A stretch of 64,000 nt of DNA from Minisyncoccota bacterium (GTDB lineage: Bacteria; Patescibacteriota; Minisyncoccia; Phycocordibacterales; JBAYLF01): contig JBAYLF010000005.1 of the NCBI GenBank assembly GCA_041664205.1, positions 7,063-71,062 of the forward strand. The letters are read 5' to 3'. Positions within the stretch are counted from its first letter, which is position 1. Each line of letters opens with the position of its first letter. The notes beneath the pieces were generated by a model that worked only from the letters and a program-made list of their open reading frames with translations, had not been told where the DNA came from and did no database searches. Below are positions 46,267-55,307 of the stretch, piece by piece. A program made the position numbers and the translations under genes.

Positions 46267-47199
46267 TTAAAGCCATTTTTTATATTTGAAGAACCCAAAC
46301 ATTACGGTAATTATTGCTAGCATTATACCCATAATAATCCAAAAGTCATTATGCATTCCGATTATTGGCAAATGCGTAGTATTCATTCCAAAAATTGACG
46401 CAACAAGAGAAAGTGGAAAAGTTACAAATGCTAGAATAGTAAGAACCTTCATTGTTTCGTTTTGTTTTGTTGTCAGTAAGGAATCGTTGGTTGTTCTTAA
46501 TTCGTCTAAAAATTCTTTATTATCTTGAATTGCTTGTTTTATTTTTAAATATTCATTAAGTATTGCTTCACTGTGATAGCTGAATGATTCACCAAAAAAC
46601 TTTTTTGATGCGCCAACAAAAGATTCTAATACACTTTTGTGGAGTGATGATGCTTGCTTGAAGTCTAAAAGGTCTCTGCTTAATTGAGATATTTCAGATA
46701 CCATTTCACGTTCCTCTCCTTCAAATATTTTTTCTTCTATATCTTTTATGTCTTTTTCAATATAATTAATTTCTGATTCCAAAGAATGATAAATCTCTCT
46801 TATCATGTAATAAAAGATAAATCCGGCATGATCTCCGATATTACTATGATCAATTCTTGAGCTTACTTCAAAAATTTTAGAGAAATTATGCAATGGCTCT
46901 ACTTCTCCATAATGAGTTGTTATGATGAAATTTTTACTAATAATAAAATCAATCTCAGTCCCATGTTTATTAGCGTTTATGTATCTAAAAGGAGGGAAGT
47001 GCAACACTAAGTAGATATAATTTGAATAAAGATCAACTTTTGATTTTGGACTAGGTATCATTAATTCATCAGCGACGATAATTGCCAAAGAATATTCCTC
47101 CATTACTTCTTTGATATCGTCTGATGTTGGATTTTCTAGATCAATCCAAGTGAGTTTTTTGTAAGTATATTTTTTTAACATACTTATCATTATATACAA
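46267..47199 (-). CDS. corA: CorA-family Mg2+/Co2+ transporter
   Basis: C-terminal two TM helices with the GMN signature (IFGMNTTHLP). Confidence 0.8.
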   Translation of the reverse strand: MYIMISMLKKYTYKKLTWIDLENPTSDDIKEVMEEYSLAIIVADELMIPSPKSKVDLYSNYIYLVLHFPPFRYINANKHGTEIDFIISKNFIITTHYGEVEPLHNFSKIFEVSSRIDHSNIGDHAGFIFYYMIREIYHSLESEINYIEKDIKDIEEKIFEGEEREMVSEISQLSRDLLDFKQASSLHKSVLESFVGASKKFFGESFSYHSEAILNEYLKIKQAIQDNKEFLDELRTTNDSLLTTKQNETMKVLTILAFVTFPLSLVASIFGMNTTHLPIIGMHNDFWIIMGIMLAIITVMFGFFKYKKWL

Positions 47200-47283
47200 T
47201 TTGATGTGTAACGAGCAATGTGCAAAAGGTGGATTTTGTTAGTTTGACCATATTGTTGTTTTTTGTAATAATTTACATTAAGA

Positions 47284-48507
47284 ATGAAAATAAAAGAACT
47301 CTTCTCAAAGAAAAGTCTAGTTATAATATTCGCACTTCTTATTATTGGAAGTTCTTTTTTTCTTGGTGTGTTTGTAGGAGCTGAAGTTCGTTCTGATGTG
47401 GACAGAGTTGCTAGTTTGAGTAATAAAGAAGACGTTACAGTGCCCGTTGATTTCGCTCCTTTTTGGAAAGCTTGGAATATTTTAAAAGAAAAGCATATTT
47501 CTGGAACTACAACTCCTGATCAAACAAAAGTTTGGGGTGCTATACAAGGACTTGCATCATCATTTAATGATCCATATACCACTTTCTTTCCACCACAGGA
47601 GGCTAAAGTTTTCAAAAGTGAGATAAGCGGTAATTTTGAAGGTATTGGTGCGGAAATAGGAATTAGAGATAATTTAATTACAGTTATATCTCCATTAAAA
47701 GGATCGCCTGCTGAGAAAGCTGGAATGCTTCCAGGAGACAAGATAATTAAGATTGATGACAAAGATGTTATTAAGACAAGCGTTGAGGATGCTGTAAAAC
47801 TTATTCGTGGAGATAAAGGAACAAAGGTTAAGATTACAGTTACAAGAGCAGGAGTAAAAGAATCGATAGAACTTTCTGTTACACGTGATGTTGTTGATAT
47901 ACCTACTGTTGAAACTAAAAAAAGAAGCGATGGTATTTTCGTGATTAGTCTTTATAGTTTCTCGGCAACCTCAGCAGATCTTTTTAGGAAGGCTTTAAGA
48001 GAATTTGTTATTTCTAAAGATGATAAGCTTATTTTGGACTTGCGTGGCAATCCAGGTGGATATTTGGAAGCAGCTGTTGATATGGCAAGTTGGTTTTTAC
48101 CATCAGGTGAGGTTATTGTGAGTGAAAACTATGGAGGACATCACGAATCAGATTTTTATAGAAGTAAAGGATACAACATATTTAACAAAAATCTTAAATT
48201 TGTTATATTAGTCAACAATGGTTCCGCTTCTGCTAGCGAGATTTTATCTGGAGCGTTGCAGGAGTATGGTATAGCAAAGCTTGTTGGAACTAGGACTTTT
48301 GGTAAAGGCTCAGTCCAAGAATTGGTAAGTATAACGCCTGAGACATCTCTAAAAGTAACAATTGCTAAATGGTTTACTCCAAAAGGCAGATCAATCTCAG
48401 ATGGGGGATTAACGCCAGATTTTGAAGTTAAAATGACAGAAGAAGATTTTAAAAATGGCAAAGATCCTCAAATGGATAAGGCTATAGAGGTTGTTAAGAA
48501 TATGTAA
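47284..48507 (+). CDS. Carboxyl-terminal processing protease (S41 peptidase with PDZ domain)
   Basis: PDZ GIGAEIG...GSPAEKAGMLPGDKII. S41 catalytic region LDLRGNPGG and VNNGSASASE. Confidence 0.85.
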   Translation: MKIKELFSKKSLVIIFALLIIGSSFFLGVFVGAEVRSDVDRVASLSNKEDVTVPVDFAPFWKAWNILKEKHISGTTTPDQTKVWGAIQGLASSFNDPYTTFFPPQEAKVFKSEISGNFEGIGAEIGIRDNLITVISPLKGSPAEKAGMLPGDKIIKIDDKDVIKTSVEDAVKLIRGDKGTKVKITVTRAGVKESIELSVTRDVVDIPTVETKKRSDGIFVISLYSFSATSADLFRKALREFVISKDDKLILDLRGNPGGYLEAAVDMASWFLPSGEVIVSENYGGHHESDFYRSKGYNIFNKNLKFVILVNNGSASASEILSGALQEYGIAKLVGTRTFGKGSVQELVSITPETSLKVTIAKWFTPKGRSISDGGLTPDFEVKMTEEDFKNGKDPQMDKAIEVVKNM

Positions 48508-48536
48508 GAATACGCATGTTGTTCTGGCGGTTTTCT

Positions 48537-48606
48537 GTCATTCCCGCGAAGGCGGGAATCCAGATTAAACAGAGATGAACTAGATTCCCGCCTTCGCGGG
48601 AATGAC
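48537..48606. repeat. GC-rich palindromic intergenic element, copy 2
   Basis: Matches 11009-11078 except one base (G vs A in the loop). 24-bp inverted arms; each arm also forms a TCCCGC-GAAG/CTTC-GCGGGA hairpin. Confidence 0.7.
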
Positions 48607-48663
48607 AGCGAATAAGTAAGTTTTTAATAATAAGTTTAATTAAAAGTATTAATAAAAAATAAT

Positions 48664-49113
48664 ATGAAAGTAATACTACTTAAAGATGTTCCAAAGATTG
48701 GAAAAAAGTTTGAATTAAAAAATGTTTCGGAAGGACATGCATTAAATTTTCTTATCCCAAAAGGTTTAGCAGAAAATGCTACTCCTTCAGCATTAAAGAA
48801 AATGGATCAAAGCAGAAAAGTAGAAGACGAAAAGAGAAAAATTCAGGAAGCTTTATTGGCCCAGAATCTTTCAAGTGTTTCCTCAGTTGTAATTGAGTTC
48901 AAAGAAAAGGCAAACGAAAAAGGTCACCTTTTTGCTGGAGTCAACAAAGAAGAGATTGCAGAAGAACTTAAAAAGCAAACTCATTTGGATATTCCTGCTG
49001 AATACATAGACTTGGAAAAGCCGATCAAAGAAGTAGGCGAATATGATGTAGAAGTTAAAATTGGCAATAAGACAGGAAAGTTCAAAGTAAAAGTTGAAGC
49101 ATTAGTTGAATAG
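48664..49113 (+). CDS. rplI: Ribosomal protein L9
   Basis: MKVILLKDVPKIGKKFELKNVSEGHALNFLIPKG canonical L9 N-terminal domain. Confidence 0.9.
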   Translation: MKVILLKDVPKIGKKFELKNVSEGHALNFLIPKGLAENATPSALKKMDQSRKVEDEKRKIQEALLAQNLSSVSSVVIEFKEKANEKGHLFAGVNKEEIAEELKKQTHLDIPAEYIDLEKPIKEVGEYDVEVKIGNKTGKFKVKVEALVE

Positions 49114-49134
49114 AGCTACTCAAAAATCTAAACA

Positions 49135-49164
49135 AAAACACCGGCTTCAAGCCGGTGTTTTTGT
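49135..49164. terminator. Bidirectional terminator AAAACACCGGC-ttcaa-GCCGGTGTTTTTG between rplI and rpmA
   Basis: 11-bp stem plus flanking A/T tracts. Confidence 0.7.
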
Positions 49165-49181
49165 TTAATTTGTTTGAGATT

Positions 49182-49454
49182 TTATATTACTTCTGCAACT
49201 TTCTTGGTCAAAACTTGTCCGTTGAAGTTCTTTTTTCTTTTATCTTTATAGGAAACGGTGCCAGCTTTAATTGCGAACAAAGTATGGTCTTTACCAACTT
49301 TTACATTGCGTCCTGCAAGTATTTTTGTTCCTCTTTGGCGCACCAAAATTGAACCAGTTTTTGCTTGTTCTCCAGAATATAGCTTAACTCCTAAGTATTT
49401 AGGGTTTGAATCTTTTAGGTTTTTAGCTGAACCTCCAGCTGCTTTATGTGCCAT
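49182..49454 (-). CDS. rpmA: Ribosomal protein L27
   Basis: [12 protein letters not shown]...LGVK...RQRGTK...GKDHTLFA canonical L27. Confidence 0.9.
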   Translation of the reverse strand: MAHKAAGGSAKNLKDSNPKYLGVKLYSGEQAKTGSILVRQRGTKILAGRNVKVGKDHTLFAIKAGTVSYKDKRKKNFNGQVLTKKVAEVI

Positions 49455-49579
49455 AGTGGTTTAAATGAATTTATGATATATATAAACTTACAATGAGTAT
49501 ACGAGAAATTGCTTATAAAATCAAGGGGTTGTGACAAAATCTTCTAAATAATATAGAAGGCGACTATTATGTAGTAATC

Positions 49580-49921
49580 TTGATAGTTTTAGTGAGTTTC
49601 GGGTCATTTGGACTAGGAAGACTTTCTGTTTTAGAAGAAAAAAAGTCTCCAGTCCGTATTGAGTATAACGAAAATACTTCGAGCACAGCCAGTGCCTCTA
49701 ATTTTATTGCAGGATCCTCGAAAAAGACTACTAATAGCTCTGTAAAAGCAATCGGAACAAATTCTGAGGTTGTTGTTGCTTCAAAAAATGGCAAAAAATA
49801 CTATTTACCATGGTGTTCTGGAGTAAATCGGATAAGTGAGAAGAATAAAATTGAGTTTGCTTCTAAAAAAGAGGCGGAAAATGCTGGGTATACTCCGGCA
49901 AGTAATTGTAGCGGTCTGTAG
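49580..49921 (+). CDS. Small secreted/membrane-anchored hypothetical protein with C-terminal motif YYLPWCSG...F.S..EAENAGYTPASNC
   Basis: TTG/GTG start inferred. Hydrophobic N-terminus. The C-terminal ~40 aa loosely resemble the Ada-type metal-binding YxxPxC...F.S..EA..AGYRPC pattern but keep only two Cys. Confidence 0.4.
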   Translation: MIVLVSFGSFGLGRLSVLEEKKSPVRIEYNENTSSTASASNFIAGSSKKTTNSSVKAIGTNSEVVVASKNGKKYYLPWCSGVNRISEKNKIEFASKKEAENAGYTPASNCSGL

Positions 49922-50067
49922 CAGATTCCTTTCTCGGTCGGGTATCAAATTTTATAATCAGAGTTATGCTACATTTGAGTAATAATGTAAAGGCTAAAAA
50001 AACAAAAAACCCTTTATTTAAGCCATCAGGCTAACTATTGACAAAGTGCATAAAATATTACATTTGC

Positions 50068-50096
50068 TTGACTTCGGCTACTAAAAATGCTAATCT
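50068..50096 (+). promoter_or_regulatory. Sigma70-like promoter: TTGACT - 17 bp - TAATCT
   Basis: Canonical -35 hexamer and 17-bp spacer read directly. About 125 nt upstream of the transglycosylase-like gene. Confidence 0.5.
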
Positions 50097-50107
50097 TTAG
50101 GATAGAT

Positions 50108-50135
50108 ACTCGGAGTAATTCCGAGTTTTAATTTG
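50108..50135 (+). terminator. Hairpin ACTCGGA-gtaat-TCCGAGT followed by TTTTAATTTG, starting about 7 nt after the predicted TSS (candidate attenuator or short sRNA terminator)
   Basis: 7-bp perfect stem plus U-rich tract immediately downstream of the promoter -10. Confidence 0.4.
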
Positions 50136-50230
50136 TCTGTAAACCAGATGGGAACATTAATGATTTGTTATTTAATTAAACTCTAACAAAGATTATTTAT
50201 TTAATAGATCTAGCGCAATATGAATGAGTT

Positions 50231-50746
50231 TTGGATGCGTTATTACCAACTAAGAAATGGCTTATTTTATCTTTAACACTATCTTTACTGTTTATTGCTA
50301 ATAATATTGCACCTTTTCAAAACACCACATATCCTACCGTATCTCTTGCTTCTACAACTTCAATAGCTTATGAACAAACTGATGTTCAAGCCCTAAAAAA
50401 TCATTTACCAGAAAGATCAGAAATTGAAGCTCTCGTTAGAAAATATTTCAAAGATATTCCAATACTTATCGAAATCGCAAATTGTGAATCTGAATTTAGA
50501 CACTATACACCTGACGGTGAAGTGATTAGAGGAAAGATAAACAACCAAGATGTCGGAGTAATGCAAATAAATGAGAAATATCACTTGGAAGAAGCTAATG
50601 ATCACGATATAGATATATATACTCTTGAAGGAAATATGCGATATGCTAGAAAGCTTTACGAAAAAGAAGGAACCAAACCTTGGACCTCTTCAGCAAAATG
50701 CTGGCGTAATAATACCAACAAAACATTAGCCTTAAATACAAAATAA
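50231..50746 (+). CDS. Secreted lytic transglycosylase-like (SLT/lysozyme-like) protein, TTG start inferred
   Basis: Signal/TM WLILSLTLSLLFIANNIA. CESEF...DVGVMQINEKYH resembles the SLT E-S ... G-L-M-Q-I catalytic core. Confidence 0.5.
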   Translation: MDALLPTKKWLILSLTLSLLFIANNIAPFQNTTYPTVSLASTTSIAYEQTDVQALKNHLPERSEIEALVRKYFKDIPILIEIANCESEFRHYTPDGEVIRGKINNQDVGVMQINEKYHLEEANDHDIDIYTLEGNMRYARKLYEKEGTKPWTSSAKCWRNNTNKTLALNTK

Positions 50747-50781
50747 ATAATCTCTACCAACTGGTAGAGATTATTTATTTG
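50746..50781 (+). terminator. Terminator AATAATCTCTACC-act-GGTAGAGATTATT + TATTTG
   Basis: 13-bp perfect stem. Confidence 0.6.
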
Positions 50782-50855
50782 TGTGTGTAATGTATAACTT
50801 GTATAAGTTAGATTTTTGATATAATCTTCAGGAAGATCAAAAGATATTTCTAATT

Positions 50856-51860
50856 ATGAAAATACGAGTAAATACAGCTCGATGCATTGAAATTGCAGAG
50901 TATATCAAAACAGTAGGAGGTGTTCCTCTAGATATTGAAGATCCAATGGCTTATTCTTTTCCAAGCAATATTGTTCATAATGCTTGGTGGGCGGTGGTAG
51001 CTATCAATCAGCAAACTACTCCTGTTGCAGGTTTGCCTTTATGCGGTAGTGTAATGGGGAAAAAATTACGAGGATGGGACTATTTGCTTCAAAAAGCTAT
51101 ATTTTGTTCAAACAAAAATTCAGAACTTTTTACGAAAAAATGGCTCTTGGAAGTTTCGCCGGATGAATTGCGAAAAATTTATCACGATGAAGAAGTAGGT
51201 GATACTCTAAACCAGATTAGCACAAGAGCTTCTCTTCTTAATGGTTTGGGAAAACTTTTGAATGAACTTGAGTGTGAAAGTATAAATTACGCATATCTAA
51301 TATCCGAAGGTTTTATTATACGAAGTGACGGGAAGGGTATTGCGCAGATACTTTCTAAAACTAGAGCTTATAGCGATCCTGTGCAGAAAAAAACTTTTTA
51401 TTTTCTAGCGATCATGCGTAATCAAGGTTTGTGGTCTTACAAGGATGAGTTAAATTTAAGTGCGCCGGTTAATTATCACGAACAGAGGGGGAGTTTTAGA
51501 TTGGGCACTGTGACTATTGCAGATGAAGAGCTTAAACGCAAAATAATGGCGAGAGAAAATATTACAGACGAAGAAGATATTGAAATTCGACTCGCTGTAA
51601 GAAGGGCGTTGGAGTTCATTGCGCAATATTTAGATGTTTCTCCATCACGTTTGCATTATTATTTTTGGAATCATATACGAAATTGTTGCAGTCGCGAACA
51701 TCCGCACTGTAAATCTTGTGATTCTTCTTGCACACTTCCAAAAAGATATAGAGTGAATGGTGATGAAAAATGTATATTTGAATCTGTATGCTCAAACGCA
51801 TTATTGTCTGTAAATCAAATGCTTATCGAGCCAAGACTTGATACTACGATTTGGCAGTAA
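50856..51860 (+). CDS. Hypothetical protein with C-terminal Cys cluster C-x6-C-x2-C-x3-C (possible HhH-GPD-like DNA glycosylase or queuosine-salvage-like fold)
   Basis: Helical 334-aa protein. CCSREHPHCKSCDSSC resembles an endonuclease III-type [4Fe-4S] loop. The assignment is a weak guess. Confidence 0.4.
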   Translation: MKIRVNTARCIEIAEYIKTVGGVPLDIEDPMAYSFPSNIVHNAWWAVVAINQQTTPVAGLPLCGSVMGKKLRGWDYLLQKAIFCSNKNSELFTKKWLLEVSPDELRKIYHDEEVGDTLNQISTRASLLNGLGKLLNELECESINYAYLISEGFIIRSDGKGIAQILSKTRAYSDPVQKKTFYFLAIMRNQGLWSYKDELNLSAPVNYHEQRGSFRLGTVTIADEELKRKIMARENITDEEDIEIRLAVRRALEFIAQYLDVSPSRLHYYFWNHIRNCCSREHPHCKSCDSSCTLPKRYRVNGDEKCIFESVCSNALLSVNQMLIEPRLDTTIWQ

Positions 51861-51882
51861 AATTTATAATTAGTGAAATTTA

Positions 51883-51910
51883 AAAACAGAGATAATATCT
51901 CTGTTTTTTT
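51883..51910. terminator. Bidirectional terminator AAAACAGAGATA-at-TATCTCTGTTTTTTT
   Basis: Palindrome between convergent genes. Confidence 0.6.
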
Positions 51911-51959
51911 ATATCATACTTATAACTCGAATTGTATCAAAATACTAAAATTCTATTTT

Positions 51960-53132
51960 TTATCGCGTGTCTTTGAGAGCGAAAGCATAATACACTCCTA
52001 AAAGCATTAAAAGTCCAAGAACTATGAAAATATACTGAAAAGAAAGAAATGCAAGAACAAAGAAGGCTATTATGGGACTTATTATGTATGGAAGTTCTCG
52101 CAACATTCTGAATAAGCTTATAAGATTAACATCATCTTTTTTAATTTTTTTGAAAAAGTATGATTCTGTGCCGAGTTCTATAAAACTTGCACCTGTTCTT
52201 GTCGCGAAAAGTATAACCGTCCATAAAATAAAATTATTTTCTCTAATGAAGGGGATAGCGAGAGTCGATATTCCAGCAATAATTGATCCCGTAATTAAAA
52301 TCTCCTTTTCACCTAGTTTTTTATCGGCAAGATATCCTAAAGGATATTGGAATAAAACAAATGGCGTCAGCATTATACTGAACATTATTCCTATCTCTGT
52401 CCATGTAAAATGCACAAATTGAACTAGATAGATAGGAACATAAATTGCCATCCATGAATAGAAGAAGTTTAAAAGAAATGTGTTTGCGATAATGTCGAAA
52501 ATATCTTGATTTTTGCCTACTTTTTTTAAGGTTTTAAAAATAGATATTTCTTGATACGATTCATCTTCGAAATTTTTGAATTTAAAATATATTAATAAAA
52601 ACAAAGGAATGACAAGAATAAAGGCTGTTATATATAGGTATGAGAATGAATATTTATCCAAAATAATTCCTGATATAAAAGGTGCAACAATTACAGGTAA
52701 GTTCAACATTGTAAGATAAACACCTCGAATACGGCCAACATTTTTTTCTTTAGAATATTTTTTTAAGAATATATCAATTCCAAAAATAAGCAGTGGATTG
52801 GTGGCGAAATGAATTAGAAAAAGTGGGGCGACGATTCCAAGAGTCTTTCCAAAAGCTAATCCTAATAAGGAAGTTGCTTCAAGAAATAGAAGCACCATAA
52901 AAAATTTGAAGTTGCCATATCTTTGCAGAAGTTTAGGTGCGGATAAAAATAGAAATACATTGATTATTGCGGCGGCTGCATATGCAAAACCAACATATTG
53001 ATCTGGAATGAAGGTGCTTAAAAAAGTTGAGTTTATGAAAAAAACGAAATAGTAATGAAACGACAGAAAAAATGTTGCAATATATAACGTAAGAAGAAAA
53101 CCGTTTTCAGTGTGAGAATTTTTATTTTCCAT
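51960..53132 (-). CDS. Major facilitator superfamily transporter
   Basis: 12-TM hydrophobicity pattern. 390 aa. Confidence 0.75.
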   Translation of the reverse strand: MENKNSHTENGFLLTLYIATFFLSFHYYFVFFINSTFLSTFIPDQYVGFAYAAAAIINVFLFLSAPKLLQRYGNFKFFMVLLFLEATSLLGLAFGKTLGIVAPLFLIHFATNPLLIFGIDIFLKKYSKEKNVGRIRGVYLTMLNLPVIVAPFISGIILDKYSFSYLYITAFILVIPLFLLIYFKFKNFEDESYQEISIFKTLKKVGKNQDIFDIIANTFLLNFFYSWMAIYVPIYLVQFVHFTWTEIGIMFSIMLTPFVLFQYPLGYLADKKLGEKEILITGSIIAGISTLAIPFIRENNFILWTVILFATRTGASFIELGTESYFFKKIKKDDVNLISLFRMLRELPYIISPIIAFFVLAFLSFQYIFIVLGLLMLLGVYYAFALKDTR

Positions 53133-53177
53133 TCCTTAATTATATAAAATTTAGTGTTTTATGCATAACGAGTTGTT

Positions 53178-53216
53178 AAAAAAACCGTTACGAATGTAAC
53201 GGTTTTTTTATTTTTA
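53178..53216. terminator. Terminator AACCGTTAC-gaat-GTAACGGTT with T-tracts on both sides (downstream of RNase J)
   Basis: 9-bp stem flanked by A7 and T7. Confidence 0.65.
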
Positions 53217-53225
53217 AAAATTGTT

Positions 53226-55292
53226 TTATACTCCAATCAGGACAGGTATGACTATTGGTCTCTTTGCTGTCTTTTGGAAAAGAAATCTGCCGAGATTATC
53301 GCTTACGATGTTTTTTACATAATCAAAGTTTATAGGATGCATTCCTTCAGTAGATTCTTCAACAGTTTTTTTGATTAGATTGCGGGCATCTTTTAGCAAA
53401 TCTTGTGATTCTCTTAGATATACGAATCCGCGCGAAATAATGTCCGGAGATTTTTTGAGTTTGCCTGTGCTTGTGTTTATGCTTGCTACTATGACAACGA
53501 ACCCATCTTCTGCAAGCATCTGGCGATCTCGTATAACAACCTCTTGGATATCTCCAATTGCAAATCCATCAACCATCACAATTCCAGACGGAGCTTTTAC
53601 AGGAAGCTTAACCATTTTATTTCCATTATCTTGAATTTCAATAATACTTCCATTATCTGGAACTATTATATTTTCTGATGGCACTCCAAGATTATTTGCG
53701 AGTTCTGCATGTAATCTAAGCATGTAATGTGAACCGTGAATTGGTATAAAGAATTTTGCTTTGATTTTTTTATGTAGCCATTCAATTTCACCTCTGTTTC
53801 CATGTCCTGTTGAGTGAATAAATACATCTGATGTTCTGTAATGAACGATCTTTACTCCCTGTCTTGCAAGGTTGTCTTTAAGCTTTTGAACTGACTTTTC
53901 ATTTCCTGGAACAATCGATGACGAAAGCACTACAGTATCACGTTCGTTTATTCGGATATTTTTATGCGCTTTATTTGCCATTCTCATAAGTGCTGCGAAT
54001 TCTTCACCTTGTCCACCAGTAGCAAGAATGACAACTCTGTCGGGTGGGTAGCTATCCATATTCTGTGAAGAAACAATAGTATCTTTTTTAACAGTGAGGA
54101 GTCCTGCTTGGATAACTATTTCAACGTTATTTTTCATACTTCTGCCTTCGAGGAATATTTTTTTGCCATACTTCTCAGCAACTTGAATAACGCTAACAAT
54201 ACGAAGAATATGTGAAGCAAACATTGTCATGATTAAGCGTCCTTTTGTATTTACTACAATATCCTCAAGATTTTTTTGAACAATTTTTTCTGGAGTAGAA
54301 AAGCCTGGATTTTCAATGTTTGTAGAATCTGTAAGAAGAAGAAGATTTTTTTCATTATCAAATATTTTGTAAACTTCTTCCTCATTTTCTGTAGGTATTC
54401 CATTTTCATGATCAAGTTTATAGTCGCCAGGAGTTACGATGTTGCCATAAGGAGTTCTGATAATAATTCCCATACAGTCAGGAATTGAGTGCATAACACC
54501 GAAGAATTTTACTTTTAAGCCTCCAATCGAAATTTCCTCATTATTTTCTATAACCTTAAAATCAATAGGATCTAGGTGTGGAAATTCTGACTGTCTTTTT
54601 TTTATCATTAAAGAAGTAAGATTTCTTGTGTAAATTGGAGGATTTCCAATTCTATCCATAATGTAAGGAATTGCACCAACATGGTCTAAGTGTCCATGAG
54701 TTATGAAAAGTGCACGAACCTTATTTTTTCTTGTTTCAAGATATTTTGTGTTCGGTAGTATGTAGTCAATTCCTGGGGTTTCTTCTTCTTTAAATTGAAA
54801 TCCAGCATCGATAACAACAATGTCATCATTGTATTCTATGAGAGTCATGTTTTTGCCTATCTCTTCAACACCGCCAAGTGGAATAATTCTTATATTTCCT
54901 CTCTCTAAAGGTGGAATTATCGCAGAACTCTCTTTTTTGTTTATTGGATCTCTGTGCTGTTTTGGGTTTTGATGAGCGCGTTTTCCTAAGTCTTTGCTTT
55001 TGATATTTATGGTGGATACTTCACGTTTAACTATAGGAGGAGATAATCTTTTGTTGAAATTTCTATTTGGATTTTTATTGGCGGTTCTAGGATTGTTATT
55101 ATTTATTGGTGGTTTAGGACTAAATGATCTAGCTAACGCGGAATATGGTTCCGAGTGATTAGTTGTCTGCTTAGTTAAATTAGCAGCTCGTTTTTCTTCT
55201 TCTGGGCTAATTGTTGAATATGTTCGTGTTGTAAATCTTCTTACACGATTAACTCCGTCTTGTCTTTGATTGTTTTGATTTCTATTGTTCAT
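53226..55292 (-). CDS. rnj: Ribonuclease J (metallo-beta-lactamase/beta-CASP) with a roughly 140-aa basic low-complexity N-terminal extension
   Basis: ITHGHLDHVGAIPYIM zinc motif and beta-CASP region. N-terminal N/R/K/P-rich extension. Confidence 0.85.
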   Translation of the reverse strand: MNNRNQNNQRQDGVNRVRRFTTRTYSTISPEEEKRAANLTKQTTNHSEPYSALARSFSPKPPINNNNPRTANKNPNRNFNKRLSPPIVKREVSTINIKSKDLGKRAHQNPKQHRDPINKKESSAIIPPLERGNIRIIPLGGVEEIGKNMTLIEYNDDIVVIDAGFQFKEEETPGIDYILPNTKYLETRKNKVRALFITHGHLDHVGAIPYIMDRIGNPPIYTRNLTSLMIKKRQSEFPHLDPIDFKVIENNEEISIGGLKVKFFGVMHSIPDCMGIIIRTPYGNIVTPGDYKLDHENGIPTENEEEVYKIFDNEKNLLLLTDSTNIENPGFSTPEKIVQKNLEDIVVNTKGRLIMTMFASHILRIVSVIQVAEKYGKKIFLEGRSMKNNVEIVIQAGLLTVKKDTIVSSQNMDSYPPDRVVILATGGQGEEFAALMRMANKAHKNIRINERDTVVLSSSIVPGNEKSVQKLKDNLARQGVKIVHYRTSDVFIHSTGHGNRGEIEWLHKKIKAKFFIPIHGSHYMLRLHAELANNLGVPSENIIVPDNGSIIEIQDNGNKMVKLPVKAPSGIVMVDGFAIGDIQEVVIRDRQMLAEDGFVVIVASINTSTGKLKKSPDIISRGFVYLRESQDLLKDARNLIKKTVEESTEGMHPINFDYVKNIVSDNLGRFLFQKTAKRPIVIPVLIGV

Positions 55293-55307
55293 TTTTTAAT
55301 TATTAAT

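Noticed and set aside
49922-50230. c-di-AMP (ydaO-type) riboswitch upstream of the cell-wall hydrolase-like gene
   Set aside because: Considered because ydaO elements often precede such genes. The conserved ACGGGGA/pseudo-symmetric core is absent. The region is AT-rich with a single short hairpin.
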